64,000 bases of DNA, from positions 14,283-78,282 of the forward strand of contig JBBRDV010000002.1 in the NCBI GenBank assembly GCA_038203565.1. Reading direction: 5' to 3'. The DNA is from Atribacterota bacterium. GTDB lineage: Bacteria; Atribacterota; Phoenicimicrobiia; Phoenicimicrobiales; Phoenicimicrobiaceae. Positions 1-10,549 of the stretch are shown in pieces. The translations under genes were made by a program, and so were the position numbers. Every line of letters starts with the position of its first letter. Positions within the stretch are counted from its first letter, which is position 1. The notes beneath the pieces are model-generated. The model was given only the letters and a program-made list of their open reading frames with translations. It searched no databases and was not told the DNA's origin.

Positions 1-97
1 TAACCACTGGAAGCCCGGTAATTTTATGTCTGGATAATATTCCTATTAAATCTGCCAGTTTACATGAGGCTAAAGCACCGGTAACATCCCGAATCAT
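1..97 (-). CDS. Partial CDS: N-terminus of a CBS-domain-like protein (MIRDVTGALASCKLADLIGILSRHKITGLPVV...). It starts at 97 and runs off the window edge.
   Basis: Reverse-strand ATG at 95-97 preceded by AAGGAT; the translation resembles a CBS-pair N-terminus. Truncated by the window. Confidence 0.3.
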   Translation of the reverse strand, partial: MIRDVTGALASCKLADLIGILSRHKITGLPVV

Positions 98-144
98 AAT
101 ATCCTTTATTTTCAATCTTGAGTATCTCCTCTCTATATTTATCT

Positions 145-1077
145 TTATAGTCTCTTAACGTTCACATATTGAAGACATCTCTCTACTTCTTCCCTTGAAC
201 TAAATTCTTCTTCTTCTCTTAGAGCGCTGGCTAAAGCACAGGCCATAGAAAATTTTATTGCTTCCTCAAGATTTTTCCCTTCTTCGGTTAGGGCAATTGC
301 AAATCCCGCAATCAAGGCATCGCCCGCTCCGATTAAATTTATGATTTCATGATAGTTAGTCTCTGCAAACCATATTTTATCTCGGGTAGCAATGATATCT
401 TTTTCTTGTTCCAGAGAAATTACACCAATTTCTGCTCCTCTCTGTACAACTTCTTTTGCTGCATTAATCGCATCTTTTTCCTTATCAATTTTAATTCCAA
501 AGACTCGATTGCTTTCTCGAAGATCAGGTTTTGCTAAAAAAGGCTTTTTCTCTAAACCTTTTATAAATTGTTCTCCGGAAGTATTTAAAATAGTTTTTAC
601 CCCTCTTTCCTTAGCAATAGAAATTAAATCGCCATATATATTTACAGGAACGCCTCGAGGTAAACTTCCAGAGAGTGTAACTACACTGCATTGAGACATA
701 ACCCGATAAAAGATTGATTTTAGCATCTCTAAGTCATATTCTGTAATTTTAGGTCCTGCTTCACTAAATAAAGTATGCTGCCCAGCTTTTTTATCTGAAA
801 TAATGGTATTACTTCTAGTCTTCTCTTCGATATGCCAAAAATTAGTAGTTATACCCATTTTTCTTAGTTCTTCTTCTATCATTCTCCCTCTGCCGCCTCC
901 TAAAAATCCGATAGCGATAGTTTCTCTGTTACATCCCCTAACAGCTTTAGATACATTTATCCCTTTACCACCAGAAGTGGTATGGGCATTTAAAACTTTA
1001 TTATAATGATTTATTTTTAAATTATTAATCTCTATAATTACATCTATTGCAGGGTTTAAGGTAACAGTACCTATCAT
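145..1077 (-). CDS. PfkB-family sugar kinase, probably 1-phosphofructokinase or tagatose-6-phosphate kinase
   Basis: N-terminus MIGTVTLNPAIDV, the GGKG.N ribokinase-family motif, and a C-terminal GAGDA.IAGF anion-hole motif. Confidence 0.75.
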   Translation of the reverse strand: MIGTVTLNPAIDVIIEINNLKINHYNKVLNAHTTSGGKGINVSKAVRGCNRETIAIGFLGGGRGRMIEEELRKMGITTNFWHIEEKTRSNTIISDKKAGQHTLFSEAGPKITEYDLEMLKSIFYRVMSQCSVVTLSGSLPRGVPVNIYGDLISIAKERGVKTILNTSGEQFIKGLEKKPFLAKPDLRESNRVFGIKIDKEKDAINAAKEVVQRGAEIGVISLEQEKDIIATRDKIWFAETNYHEIINLIGAGDALIAGFAIALTEEGKNLEEAIKFSMACALASALREEEEFSSREEVERCLQYVNVKRL

Positions 1078-1163
1078 ATTTTATTCCTTCCTTTTTATTA
1101 TACTAATTTTTTTGAGACATTTTTAAAATTATAACTTACTTAAATATATTTATCAATCTTTAC

Positions 1164-1198
1164 TCGTATATCGTATATCGTATATCGTATATCGTATA
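1164..1198. repeat. (TCGTATA)x5 perfect heptad tandem repeat
   Basis: Seen directly: tcgtatatcgtatatcgtatatcgtatatcgtata. Confidence 0.9.
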
Positions 1199-1200
1199 TA

Positions 1201-1875
1201 CTATTCCAAAAATGGCTTAAGTAATTTAATTAAAATAACCCCACAAATAAAGCCGCCAATGTGAGCAAACCAGGCTACCCCACCCTCTCCTGTTTTAACC
1301 GCCAAAGAAGATATGCCATATAAAAATTGGTATATTATCCAAAAACCTAATACTACTACCGCAGGAATTTTAATTAATCTAACAAAAAAAACAAAAATAA
1401 TCACCGTAGTAACTTTAGCTCGAGGATAAAGCAACAAATACGCACCTAATACACCAGCTATTGCTCCACTTGCTCCAACCATCGGTACTTTAGAATCAGG
1501 ATTAAAAAATACTTGTGTAAAAGCAGCAGCTATTCCACAAATAAGATAAAAGATTACAAATTTTTTTCTACCTAAATAATCCTCTATATTATTTCCAAAT
1601 ATCCATAAAAACAACATATTTCCTAATAAGTGAACAATACTGCCATGCATAAACATAGAAGAAAATATAGTTAAATAAATAGGTGCTGGACCGGAAGGAA
1701 AAAGATCGATATGATGAGTAATTTCAAAAGGAAGTAATCCCATTGAATGGATAAATTCAGTGAACCTTTCACCTAAGGATACTTGATATAAAAATACCAT
1801 TGAATTCAGTGCAATTAAAATCACTGTTATTAAGGGAAACTTTTTTGTTGGTACATCATCCCAAATAGGAAACAT
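1201..1875 (-). CDS. Rhomboid-family intramembrane serine protease
   Basis: Polytopic membrane protein with the GASG.I.G motif, a downstream AHIGG histidine motif and rhomboid topology. Confidence 0.8.
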   Translation of the reverse strand: MFPIWDDVPTKKFPLITVILIALNSMVFLYQVSLGERFTEFIHSMGLLPFEITHHIDLFPSGPAPIYLTIFSSMFMHGSIVHLLGNMLFLWIFGNNIEDYLGRKKFVIFYLICGIAAAFTQVFFNPDSKVPMVGASGAIAGVLGAYLLLYPRAKVTTVIIFVFFVRLIKIPAVVVLGFWIIYQFLYGISSLAVKTGEGGVAWFAHIGGFICGVILIKLLKPFLE

Positions 1876-1892
1876 AAAAATATCACACCTTA

Positions 1893-1980
1893 ATTAGTCG
1901 TTTGTATATAGTATATCGTATATAGTAGAGAAATAAAAGCCACAAATATAATTCGTATCTCGTGAATCGTATCTCGTGAA
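1893..1980. repeat. Heptad-type repeats (tatatcgtatata; TCGTATCTCGTGAA x2)
   Basis: attcgtatctcgtgaatcgtatctcgtgaa and gtatatagtatatcgtatatag lie directly upstream of the rhomboid RBS. Confidence 0.8.
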
Positions 1981-2000
1981 GAAAATAATAATGTATAACA

Positions 2001-2113
2001 TGTAGGAGCAGATCTTGTGTCTGCCCACCGTAGGACAGACGTCTCGCCTGTCTAAGTAGGGATTTGATTCCTGTCTGCGCCTGCCATAATTAGGCAGGTC
2101 GAATAAATTCGAC
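2001..2113. repeat. GC-rich REP-like palindromic cluster (gtaggagcagatcttgtgtctgccc ... gattcctgtctgcgcctgcc ... ggcaggtcg)
   Basis: Hairpin-forming GC-rich segments in an AT-rich background. It is a reverse-orientation copy of the gggcagacacaaggtctgcccctac unit and of the gcgcagacaggaatc unit seen at 26900 and 59900. Confidence 0.7.
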
Positions 2114-2196
2114 ATTAATAGCAATACTTTATTTAAAAAAGTTTTGAATTTTAAATTATGGTTTTGCGTTTTTCGATTTTAGTTTTAAACTTTAAT

Positions 2197-3366
2197 TTAT
2201 TTTGCTTTAAATTCATCAGGAGATTGATCAATTAAATTAAAATTATAGAGTATTTTTTTGACAATTCTTTCTGAAGCTTTTCCGTCTCCATAAGGATTGA
2301 TACTTTTTGACATTTTTATATATTTATCTTTATTATTTAATATTGTTTTAACTTCGCTATAAACCCTTTCTTTATTAGTTCCAACCAGTTTTACTACACC
2401 TGCTTCAACTGCTTCCGGTCTTTCTGTTTCATCCCGTAAGACCAACACTGGCTTTCCCAAGGAAGGGGCTTCTTCCTGTATCCCACCGGAGTCTGTAAGT
2501 ATAATGTATGATTTAGACATTAAGTTAATCATATCATCATAATCTAAAGTATCAAGAAGTAGAATATTTTTTCTATTTTGCAAGACTTCCTTAACATTCC
2601 TTCTTATTTCAGGGTTTTTATGCAAAGGGAAAATGATGCATGTATCAGAATGCTCATTGATTATTTTATTTATTGCTTGGCAAGTTTCCCTTAATGGTTC
2701 TCCCCAATTCTCTCTTCTATGCATGGTTACTAAAATAATTTTTTTCTCTAATATTTTTTTATTTTTTAATAAAGGTTCTCTAAATATATAGTTCTCTTTA
2801 ATCATTAATAACAGAGAATCTATTACGGTATTTCCAGAGATAAAAATATCTTCTCTTCTTACTCCTTCAGAAAGCAAATTCTCACACGATTTTCTGGTGG
2901 GAGTAAAGTGGAGAGCAGTTAGTACACTGGTTAGATGACGATTTACCTCCTCGGGAAAAGGATAATATTTATTGTGAGTTCTAAGCCCGGCTTCTACATG
3001 ACCTATTTTTATTTTCTGATAAAAAGCAGCTAAAGCTCCAGCAAAGGTAGTAGTAGTATCACCCTGCACTAATACCATAGACGGCTTTTCTTTTTTTAAT
3101 ATTTTTTCGATACCTAAAAGACTATTATTAGTGATATTTGATAAAGATTGATCTTTTTCCATGATATTTAAATCATAATCAGGATTAATTTGAAAAATCT
3201 TTAACATCTGATCTAACATTTCCCGATGTTGACCAGAAACTATGATTTTATAATCTATAAGATGAGGGTATTTTTTTATTTGTAAAATTATGGGAAATAT
3301 CTTTATGGTTTCGGGACGAGTTCCGAAAATCATAGCAATTTTTATTTTATTCATAATGAATCTCAA
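2197..3366 (-). CDS. wecB: UDP-N-acetylglucosamine 2-epimerase (non-hydrolysing)
   Basis: IFGTRPE...HVEAGLRT...[10 protein letters not shown] motifs. The true start is probably the internal [11 protein letters not shown] at 3354. Confidence 0.85.
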   Translation of the reverse strand: MRFIMNKIKIAMIFGTRPETIKIFPIILQIKKYPHLIDYKIIVSGQHREMLDQMLKIFQINPDYDLNIMEKDQSLSNITNNSLLGIEKILKKEKPSMVLVQGDTTTTFAGALAAFYQKIKIGHVEAGLRTHNKYYPFPEEVNRHLTSVLTALHFTPTRKSCENLLSEGVRREDIFISGNTVIDSLLLMIKENYIFREPLLKNKKILEKKIILVTMHRRENWGEPLRETCQAINKIINEHSDTCIIFPLHKNPEIRRNVKEVLQNRKNILLLDTLDYDDMINLMSKSYIILTDSGGIQEEAPSLGKPVLVLRDETERPEAVEAGVVKLVGTNKERVYSEVKTILNNKDKYIKMSKSINPYGDGKASERIVKKILYNFNLIDQSPDEFKAK

Positions 3367-3790
3367 CTACTTCTGCTTCTTTTAGCATCTTTCGTGCTAA
3401 TTCATCAGGGTATTTTTCTTTATAAACAATCTTCTTTATTCCTGAATTTATAATCATCTTAGTACAGGTAACACAAGGTTGAGTTGTACAATATAATACG
3501 CTGCCTTTTATACTTAAGCCATGTAATGCAGCCTGAACAATAGCATTTTGTTCAGCATGTAATCCCCTACACAACTCCTGCCTTTCTCCGGAAGCAACTT
3601 TTTTTATTTCTCTTAAACATCCTATTTCTAAACAATGAGGCAGCCCTTTAGGTGCGCCATTGTACCCGGTTGTAAGTATTCGCTTATCTTGTACAATTAC
3701 TGCTCCAACTTTTCTTCTTAAACAAGTAGAACGTTTGGAAACTAATTCAGTTATTTCCATAAAATATTCATCCCAGGTTGGACGGCTCAT
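3347..3790 (-). CDS. comEB: dCMP deaminase (cytidine/deoxycytidylate deaminase family, ComEB-like)
   Basis: HAEQNAI and PC..C zinc-binding motifs; 147 aa. Confidence 0.8.
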   Translation of the reverse strand: MSRPTWDEYFMEITELVSKRSTCLRRKVGAVIVQDKRILTTGYNGAPKGLPHCLEIGCLREIKKVASGERQELCRGLHAEQNAIVQAALHGLSIKGSVLYCTTQPCVTCTKMIINSGIKKIVYKEKYPDELARKMLKEAEVVEIHYE

Positions 3791-3822
3791 AAATTGAAAT
3801 CTCCTTTAATAAATTTACTAAT

Positions 3823-4452
3823 TTACTTTGTCCCGAATAACCTATCCCCAGCGTCACCTAAGCCCGGTACTATATATCCATGAGAATTTAGTCTTTCATC
3901 TACAGCCGCTGTATATACCTTTACATCTGGGTGGTATTTTTGTAACATATTTATACCTTCCGGTGCAGCAATTAAGCACATAAACTTTATATCTACTGTA
4001 CCGCATTTCTTGATATAATCTATACAGGCAACAGCCGTACCTCCGGTTGCTAACATGGGGTCAACTATAATAACTTTTCTATCTTTAATGTCAGATGGCA
4101 ATTTAGCATAATATTCTATAGGTTTTAAAGTTTCAGGATCACGATACATACCAATATGTCCTACTTTTGCAGAAGGAATAAGTTTCAATATCCCATCAAC
4201 CATGCCCAAACCTGCTCTTAAAATTGTCACAATAGCAATGTTTTTTCCCGAGATAATTTTACTTTTAGTCTTGCCAAGAGGGGTTTCAATTTCAATTTCC
4301 TCTAATTCTATTTCTCTGGTTGCTTCATAAGCTATTAAATTAGATAGCTCATCTACTAACTCTCTAAATTCTTTCATCTGAGTATTTTTATCTCTGATTA
4401 AAGTTATTTTGTGTTGTATTAAAGGGTGGTCTAAAATGATTACTTCTGACAA
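3823..4452 (-). CDS. upp: Uracil phosphoribosyltransferase
   Basis: 209 aa; [14 protein letters not shown]-binding motif, and full-length UPRTase similarity. Confidence 0.9.
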   Translation of the reverse strand: MSEVIILDHPLIQHKITLIRDKNTQMKEFRELVDELSNLIAYEATREIELEEIEIETPLGKTKSKIISGKNIAIVTILRAGLGMVDGILKLIPSAKVGHIGMYRDPETLKPIEYYAKLPSDIKDRKVIIVDPMLATGGTAVACIDYIKKCGTVDIKFMCLIAAPEGINMLQKYHPDVKVYTAAVDERLNSHGYIVPGLGDAGDRLFGTK

Positions 4453-4493
4453 TGACTTTTCCTCCTTATATGTCGTATCGATGCTGGTTTAAT

Positions 4494-4946
4494 TTATTTA
4501 CAAATTTTATCTTCTTCTTGTTTTATTTTATTCAAACGGTTAATATGCCTTTTTTCCTGGCTGAATTTAGTATCTAACCAAACTTTTACAATTTCTTTGG
4601 CTAATCCCGAGCCAATAACTCTACCTCCCAGGACTAAAATATTCGCATCGTTATGTTCTCTGGAATATCGGGCAGTCAATTCATTATGACAGAGTGCTGC
4701 CCTAATACCTTTAACTTTATTAGCAACGATAGACATGCCAATTCCGGTGCCACAAATTAAGATTCCTTTGTCATATTTTCCTTTTTTTACTTCTATGGCA
4801 ACTTTAAATCCAATATCTGGATAGTCTACAGATTTCTCATTTTCGCAGCCGAAATCTATATATTCTACGTTTAGCTCCTTTAAATATTCTTTTACATTTT
4901 CTTTTAACTGATAGCCACCATGATCACTTCCCAAAGCTACCTTCAT
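4494..4946 (-). CDS. rpiB: Ribose-5-phosphate isomerase B
   Basis: MKVALGSDHGG...ILICGTGIG; 150 aa. Confidence 0.85.
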   Translation of the reverse strand: MKVALGSDHGGYQLKENVKEYLKELNVEYIDFGCENEKSVDYPDIGFKVAIEVKKGKYDKGILICGTGIGMSIVANKVKGIRAALCHNELTARYSREHNDANILVLGGRVIGSGLAKEIVKVWLDTKFSQEKRHINRLNKIKQEEDKICK

Positions 4947-4963
4947 CTTCTATCTCACCACCG

Positions 4964-5467
4964 TTATTTATTATTTTCTTCAAGAATTTTATTTAATATC
5001 TTTTCTAAGTTTTCTTTCAACTGTCTTGCTACAATTCGATAAAATTCTATAGGTCTACCAAGAGGGTCAACTACTTCATAGTTTTCGTCAGTTTTTTGTA
5101 TACTTTTAAATTCACCAACCTGAGCAAATTTTTTAAGTAAATAAATTTTATCTTGAGCCAAGGTAAATTTTGTTTTAATATAATCTTTATGTGTATTGGA
5201 CATAACCAAAATTAGATCTGCTTTTTTAACTAAATCTTCCTGTAATTGTAAGGCTTTATGTTGGGAAATATTTATTCCTTGTTCAAACATCACTGAAATT
5301 GCTTCCGGAGTTGGACTCATTCCCGGAATAACAGAAATTCCCGCAGATAGAATATTATAATTATTTTCATTTTCTGCTTTTTCTTTTAACATACTTTCAA
5401 ATAATCCTTGTGCCATAACACTCCTGCAGGTATTTCCGGTGCAAACAAATAAGATATTTGTGATCAT
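4964..5467 (-). CDS. Low-molecular-weight protein-tyrosine phosphatase (YwlE-like)
   Basis: CTGNTCRS P-loop at the N-terminus. The position matches the B. subtilis ywlE-rpiB arrangement. Confidence 0.8.
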   Translation of the reverse strand: MITNILFVCTGNTCRSVMAQGLFESMLKEKAENENNYNILSAGISVIPGMSPTPEAISVMFEQGINISQHKALQLQEDLVKKADLILVMSNTHKDYIKTKFTLAQDKIYLLKKFAQVGEFKSIQKTDENYEVVDPLGRPIEFYRIVARQLKENLEKILNKILEENNK

Positions 5468-5510
5468 TTCAAAATTATCCTCACGATATACGCTATACTC
5501 AATACTATGG

Positions 5511-6407
5511 TCATTTTCTGTATGCTATTACTACTCGCTCTATTCCAGAATAATCTTTAAAAATTTCAACATTTTGTCTATAATTATCTTCTTTTAAAAT
5601 TAACTCTTTTATTATTTTTGCTTGGCCCATCCCAACTTCTAAAGCTATAAAACCATTCTTTTTTAAATATTGAGGACTTTTCCTTATTATTTTACGATAA
5701 TAATCTAAACCGTCAATTCCTCCAGATAAAGCAATTTTAGGTTCATTGTCTCTTACTTCGGGCGGCAATAATTTAAAATCGTAAGAATCTATATAGGGGG
5801 GATTTGAAATAATTCCATCTAAGCTATTTTTTTTTATTCTGCCTATAAATGGTTCAAATAAGTCTCCTTGTAAAAAAATAATTTTATCTTTGCACGCATG
5901 TTTTTGAGCATTTTTCAACGCTATTTGCAAAGATATTTTAGAAATATCGGTTGCGTAAATGATAATATCTTCTATAAATTTAGCTATACTTACAGCAATT
6001 ATACCTGTACCGGTTCCTAAATCTGCTACCTCTAATTTATTAGAACATTTATGGTTTTTTAATTTTTTAATAACTTCTTCTACTAAAATCTCTGTCTCTG
6101 GTCGGGGAATAAAAACCCCCTTTTCTACCGAAAAATCCATCCCCATAAATTCTTGGTATTTAGTAATATATTGGAGTGGAATTTTCTCTATTCTTTTTTG
6201 AATCTTTTTCTCTAATTGTGTTTTTTCTATATCTTTTAATACTCTATCAGAATTTAAATATATTTCGCTCCTACTCATCTCCAAAGAATAACTTAATAGA
6301 ATTTCCGCTTCTCTTTCTGAATTTATTATTCCCTTATTTTTAAATATTTCATGAATATTTTTTAAGGCCTGCCCTATGGTCTGAAATCTATATTTATTTT
6401 CCAACAT
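5511..6407 (-). CDS. prmC: Release factor glutamine N5-methyltransferase PrmC/HemK
   Basis: NPPY motif (IISNPPYI), SAM-binding DLGTGTG, directly downstream of prfA. Confidence 0.85.
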   Translation of the reverse strand: MLENKYRFQTIGQALKNIHEIFKNKGIINSEREAEILLSYSLEMSRSEIYLNSDRVLKDIEKTQLEKKIQKRIEKIPLQYITKYQEFMGMDFSVEKGVFIPRPETEILVEEVIKKLKNHKCSNKLEVADLGTGTGIIAVSIAKFIEDIIIYATDISKISLQIALKNAQKHACKDKIIFLQGDLFEPFIGRIKKNSLDGIISNPPYIDSYDFKLLPPEVRDNEPKIALSGGIDGLDYYRKIIRKSPQYLKKNGFIALEVGMGQAKIIKELILKEDNYRQNVEIFKDYSGIERVVIAYRK

Positions 6408-6411
6408 TGTT

Positions 6412-7470
6412 TTAAATTTTACTACCCATTTTTAATTTCTCTGAAAGATTAGCCACTAAATCATTTAAATTTCCTTCTAATACTTCTTCCAAATTATGTA
6501 AATTTAAACCAATACGATGATCGGTTATTCTATTTTGAGGGAAATTATAAGTTCTAATTCTCTCACTTCTATCACCTGTACCAATTTGACTTTTTCTTTT
6601 CTGAGCAAGCTCATCATGCTTTTCTCTTTCTATTTTATCTAAAAGCCTGGCTCTTAGTACCATTAATGCCTTCGCTTTATTTTTAAATTGAGATTTCTCA
6701 TCCTGACAGGAAACTACCAATCCTGTGGGAAGATGAGTAATCCTTATCGCTGAATCCGTAGTATTAACACTTTGTCCTCCATGCCCGGTAGAATGGAAGG
6801 TGTCAATTCTTAAATCATTGGGATTAATATTAACTTCAACCTCTTCTGCTTCAGGAAGTATGGCTACTGTAACAGTAGAAGTATGAATTCTTCCGTTTGA
6901 CTCAGTTACAGGAATACGTTGGACACGATGTACTCCACTCTCATATTTTAACTTTCCATATACTTCTTTTCCCGCAACATTGAATATTATCTCTTTAAAT
7001 CCTCCGCTACCGGTAGGACTGGAACTCATTACTTCAGTTTTCCATCCATTATTTTCAGCAAATCGAGAATACATTCTAAAAAGATCACTGGCAAAAAGCG
7101 CAGCTTCATCTCCACCGGCACCTGCCCTTATTTCTACTATTATATCTTTTTTATCATAAGGATCTTTTGGAAACATTAGTTCTTGTAATTTTGTCTTTAA
7201 ATTTTCTTTCTTTCCTTCTAATCTTTCTAATTCTTCATTTATTAATTTTTTAAATTCCACATCTTTCTCTTCGGTAAGCATTTTTAAATTTTCTTCAATT
7301 TCTTTAGCTATATTTTTATATTCTATATATTTCAAAACTACTTTAGAAATATCGGAATGCAACTTTGCGCATTCCTGAAACTTAGATTGATTAGAAATAA
7401 TTTTAGGGTCAGAAAGAGCTTTATTCAATTCTTCATATTTTTTTTCTAATTCATCTAATTTTTTAAACAT
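6412..7470 (-). CDS. prfA: Peptide chain release factor 1
   Basis: GGQ motif ([24 protein letters not shown]) and the PxT tripeptide (SSSPTG) that distinguishes RF1. Confidence 0.95.
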   Translation of the reverse strand: MFKKLDELEKKYEELNKALSDPKIISNQSKFQECAKLHSDISKVVLKYIEYKNIAKEIEENLKMLTEEKDVEFKKLINEELERLEGKKENLKTKLQELMFPKDPYDKKDIIVEIRAGAGGDEAALFASDLFRMYSRFAENNGWKTEVMSSSPTGSGGFKEIIFNVAGKEVYGKLKYESGVHRVQRIPVTESNGRIHTSTVTVAILPEAEEVEVNINPNDLRIDTFHSTGHGGQSVNTTDSAIRITHLPTGLVVSCQDEKSQFKNKAKALMVLRARLLDKIEREKHDELAQKRKSQIGTGDRSERIRTYNFPQNRITDHRIGLNLHNLEEVLEGNLNDLVANLSEKLKMGSKI

Positions 7471-8365
7471 TATTTTCTACTTCGGATTTTATATTTTGTT
7501 CCTGTTCAGGTAAAACACCTTCTAATGCCCTTATGGCAACTTCAATCTGAGCATCATCAGGTTCACTGGTAGTAAGTTTTTGAAACCATAATCCTGGCAT
7601 TACTGCCCATTTTATAAAAGTTTTATTCATGTTTTTTGCGGATAATTTCAGGATTTCATAAGACAGACCAGCTATTATGGGAATTATGGAAACCCTATAG
7701 GCTATCCTTAAAAGCAAAGTTTGCTTTCCCAACAAAGAAAATACTAAAATACTCATTATTAAAACAATAAAAATAAAACTTGTTCCACATCGAGGGTGTA
7801 GAGTACTGTATTTTTTCACATTATCGACGTTGAGTTCTTCGCCTGCTTCATAAGTATATATTACCTTGTGTTCTGCTCCATGGTATTGAAATACTCTTCT
7901 TATATCTTTTATTTTTGAGATAAAGAATAAGTAAGTTATAAATATACTAATTCTTAATAATCCTTCAAACAAATTATAAATAATTATATTAGATAGGTAC
8001 CTATCTAAATATCGAGCTATTGCGGTAGGAAGAGCTATAAAAAACACTATAAACAATGCAAAAGCAATTACAATTGTAAAAAACATTTCTACGCTATTAA
8101 TTTTCTCTTCTTCACCAGTTGCCTGTTCTGCAGAATAAGTTAATGCCTTCAAGCCAAGTATTAAAGACTCGATTAAATTAATTACTCCTCTAAAAATAGG
8201 CCATTTAAGAAATTTCATCTTATCGGACAATGTCCTTAATTTACCTACTTTTAAAATTATTTCTTTATCTGGTTTACGAACAGCGATGGCATATTTTAAA
8301 GGAGATCTCATCATCACTCCTTCAATTACCGCTTGACCTCCATAATTACACTCAGCATTTTTCAT
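7463..8365 (-). CDS. DUF1385 (YqhQ-like) membrane-associated metal-dependent enzyme
   Basis: [12 protein letters not shown] at the N-terminus; HGAEHK and HPRCGTSF motifs. This family is typically adjacent to prfA. Confidence 0.7.
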   Translation of the reverse strand: MKNAECNYGGQAVIEGVMMRSPLKYAIAVRKPDKEIILKVGKLRTLSDKMKFLKWPIFRGVINLIESLILGLKALTYSAEQATGEEEKINSVEMFFTIVIAFALFIVFFIALPTAIARYLDRYLSNIIIYNLFEGLLRISIFITYLFFISKIKDIRRVFQYHGAEHKVIYTYEAGEELNVDNVKKYSTLHPRCGTSFIFIVLIMSILVFSLLGKQTLLLRIAYRVSIIPIIAGLSYEILKLSAKNMNKTFIKWAVMPGLWFQKLTTSEPDDAQIEVAIRALEGVLPEQEQNIKSEVENNV

Positions 8366-8367
8366 TA

Positions 8368-9063
8368 TTATCTATTTACTCCTTCTTCTTTATTTTTATG
8401 CCAGGGTTTACCACAGGATAATTCCCCTTCTGGGCAAGGTCCTAAAATACAAGGCGGACCAGCATTTTCAAATATATTGGGCGCAATACCCTTAACTTCT
8501 TTTAACATATTCATAGCAACTTCTCTGATCTCCCATTGGGCTCGATTGCAGCATCTTAATTTAAAGATATGTAGTAATTCTCGAGCATTTGCTGTTATTA
8601 TTATTTTAGTTGTAACCGCCTGAGGCAAGATATATCTGGCATCTTCTGCCTCAATATTATAATCTAATAATAGTTGATAAATTTCATCTAATTTTTTAAT
8701 AGTATCTATATATATTTTAGCTAACTTTTTATTCTTCTCAATAGATTTTGGAATAATAAAAGTAAAGCCTTCCTTATTTATTTTAACATATCTTTGGCTT
8801 TGTTGGGAAAAAGAGGCTAGCCGATGTCTCACTAATTGATGGGAAGTAACTCTGGATATTTCTTCTATGGCGAAAGTAAAAGTAGCATGCTCCAAAACAG
8901 AATAATGTCCTAATTTCATTATTTTTTTAATTAATTTTATTATCGATTCATCGGAAAGTTTTTCTTCTAAATCTTCAATATTTAACGCAGAATAGCATAA
9001 TCTTGCTGACTGAGCTACTATTTTCTCAGGGCCCTTAGTGTAGTTTATCAACCTAACTTTCAT
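8368..9063 (-). CDS. thyX: Flavin-dependent thymidylate synthase ThyX
   Basis: RHRxxSxxxxSQRY ThyX signature (HQLVRHRLASFSQQSQRY). The ORF call to 9135 runs through the heptad repeats, so the true start is MKVRLINYT at 9063, behind a GAGAGAGG RBS. Confidence 0.85.
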   Translation of the reverse strand: MKVRLINYTKGPEKIVAQSARLCYSALNIEDLEEKLSDESIIKLIKKIMKLGHYSVLEHATFTFAIEEISRVTSHQLVRHRLASFSQQSQRYVKINKEGFTFIIPKSIEKNKKLAKIYIDTIKKLDEIYQLLLDYNIEAEDARYILPQAVTTKIIITANARELLHIFKLRCCNRAQWEIREVAMNMLKEVKGIAPNIFENAGPPCILGPCPEGELSCGKPWHKNKEEGVNR

Positions 9064-9081
9064 AGAATTAACCTCTCTCAA

Positions 9082-9123
9082 CTCGTATATCGTATATCGT
9101 ATTATATAGTATAGCGTATAGTC
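9082..9123. repeat. Heptad tandem repeats (TCGTATA x2.5, tatagtatagcgtatag)
   Basis: Seen directly, abutting the thyX RBS. Confidence 0.85.
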
Positions 9124-9128
9124 TTTAT

Positions 9129-9195
9129 CGGGCACGATGCATCGTGCCCCCCCTACATATTACTTATTACGGGCAGACACAAGGCCTGCCCCTAC
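9129..9195. repeat. Two GC-rich REP-like hairpins: gggcacgatgcatcgtgccc and gggcagacacaaggcctgcccctac
   Basis: Perfect 10-bp and 8-bp stems, each followed by the cccctac tag. Confidence 0.85.
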
Positions 9196-9232
9196 ATATC
9201 ATATTTTACTAATTCCTATACGAAATACCAAA

Positions 9233-9811
9233 TTATTCCTTTGGTACCACATGGCATTTCCGACATCTCGCTTCATAGCTTTCTTGTGCTCCAATTAATA
9301 TAGTCGGGTCACTATACTTTGCTGGCTGACCATCTACTAATCTTTGAGTTCTGGAAGCTGTATTACCACAAATCATGCAGATAGCTTGCAACTTATCTAT
9401 GTATTCTGCTACTGCAAGCAATTTAGGAATGGGGCCGAATGGTTCCCCCCTAAAATCTTGGTCTAAACCAGCAATAATTACCCTTTTCCCTTGGTCCGCA
9501 AGTTTTTGGCAAACGAGTACAATATCATCATCATAAAATTGAGCTTCATCAATAGCGATTGCCTCAGTATCTGGTTCTATTCTTTCCAAAATTTCTTTTG
9601 ATTTAGTAATATTTATAGCTTCAACCTTGGTACCGTTATGTGAGTAAATATACTGAACAGCATACCTATTATCAATAGTTGGTTTAAATATCTGAACCTT
9701 TTTTTTAGCAATTTGAACTCTATGAACTCTTCTTATTAATTCTTCACTCTTCCCGCTAAACATGCTCCCACATATAACTTCAATCCACCCCTCATTTCTG
9801 CTCTTAGACAT
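9233..9811 (-). CDS. tdk: Thymidine kinase
   Basis: P-loop [15 protein letters not shown]-terminal Cys zinc motifs; 192 aa. Confidence 0.9.
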   Translation of the reverse strand: MSKSRNEGWIEVICGSMFSGKSEELIRRVHRVQIAKKKVQIFKPTIDNRYAVQYIYSHNGTKVEAINITKSKEILERIEPDTEAIAIDEAQFYDDDIVLVCQKLADQGKRVIIAGLDQDFRGEPFGPIPKLLAVAEYIDKLQAICMICGNTASRTQRLVDGQPAKYSDPTILIGAQESYEARCRKCHVVPKE

Positions 9812-9846
9812 TTCTTCCCTCCTCTACACCGTAAAATTAGTGGATA

Positions 9847-9940
9847 GCCTGTCTGCGCCTGCCTGTGCAACCTGCCTGTGCGCCTGCACGCAGACAGGTG
9901 CAAGCACGCACAGGTAGATGAATAGTCGTTAGTCGTTAGT
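9847..9940. repeat. Complex GC-rich nested palindrome (cctgtctgcgcctgcctgtgc ... cgcagacaggtgc ...) followed by (TAGTCGT)x2
   Basis: Inverted repeats cctgcctgtgcg/cgcacagg. It belongs to the same family as the 26926 and 59894 elements, and is followed by aatagtcgttagtcgttag. Confidence 0.75.
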
Positions 9941-9981
9941 TTAAAATGTAAAACTATTTTCATATATAATTAAATTAACAT

Positions 9982-10016
9982 AAAAAGACAGAGCTTTCGA
10001 AAGCTCTGTCTTTTTA
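9982..10016. terminator. Bidirectional rho-independent terminator downstream of rpmE
   Basis: aaaaagacagagctttc gaaagctctgtcttttt: 14-bp stem with A- and T-tracts on both sides. Confidence 0.6.
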
Positions 10017-10181
10017 TTATTTAAATTGATTCATCATTTTATTACAAATATTCTTAAATAATATCTTTTTCTCGTTCATATTTTTTATTCTTGTAATCAT
10101 TCATCAAAAACTTTTTCAATTTATTTTTTAATGGAATATTTATTTTGAAATCATTTAAATATTTTTGTGATAGTATCTCAA

Positions 10182-10403
10182 TTAATTATCACTCTCTTCA
10201 TCATTGGTTAAATTGTATTTTTTATTAAATCTCTCAACTCTTCCTGCAGTATCAATTATCTTTTGTTTACCGGTAAAAAGAGGGTGACAGGCAGAACATA
10301 TTTCTACTTTCATATTCTTTTTAGTAGAACCGGTTTCAAAACTGTTACCACAAGCACAACTTATTGTTGCTTTTTCATATTTTGGATGTATATCTTTTTT
10401 CAT
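10182..10403 (-). CDS. rpmE: 50S ribosomal protein L31
   Basis: MKKDIHPKY...CxC...CSACHP. The ORF call has an 11-aa upstream extension, so the likely start is the internal Met at 10403. Confidence 0.85.
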   Translation of the reverse strand: MKKDIHPKYEKATISCACGNSFETGSTKKNMKVEICSACHPLFTGKQKIIDTAGRVERFNKKYNLTNDEESDN

Positions 10404-10549
10404 TTTCCTCTTCCTTTGACTTCCTTTCGTTAACATTATTAGATTAAAAATATATAAATTATAACATATCCTTGTTTTTAGGTCAAAATTAAATCAGTAA
10501 CCAATTTACACTAAACCTTAATCTTTCTAATTTACTTTATAATATTTTA

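Noticed and set aside
349-1006. Plus-strand ORFs of 62-100 aa inside the PfkB-family gene
   Set aside because: They are antisense to a well-supported CDS, have no RBS, and are low-complexity.
1894-2124. 76-aa minus-strand ORF
   Set aside because: It lies entirely within heptad repeats and GC-rich palindromes. Its translation is low-complexity and repeat-derived, and it has no RBS.
9064-9135. 24-aa N-terminal extension of thyX (MPDKDYTLYYIIRYTIYELREVNS)
   Set aside because: It is encoded by the TCGTATA repeat array. The internal MKV start has a GAGAGAGG RBS at correct spacing.
9736-9963. 75-aa minus-strand ORF overlapping the tdk start
   Set aside because: It is made of the GC-rich nested palindrome and TAGTCGT repeats, and it overlaps tdk in another frame.
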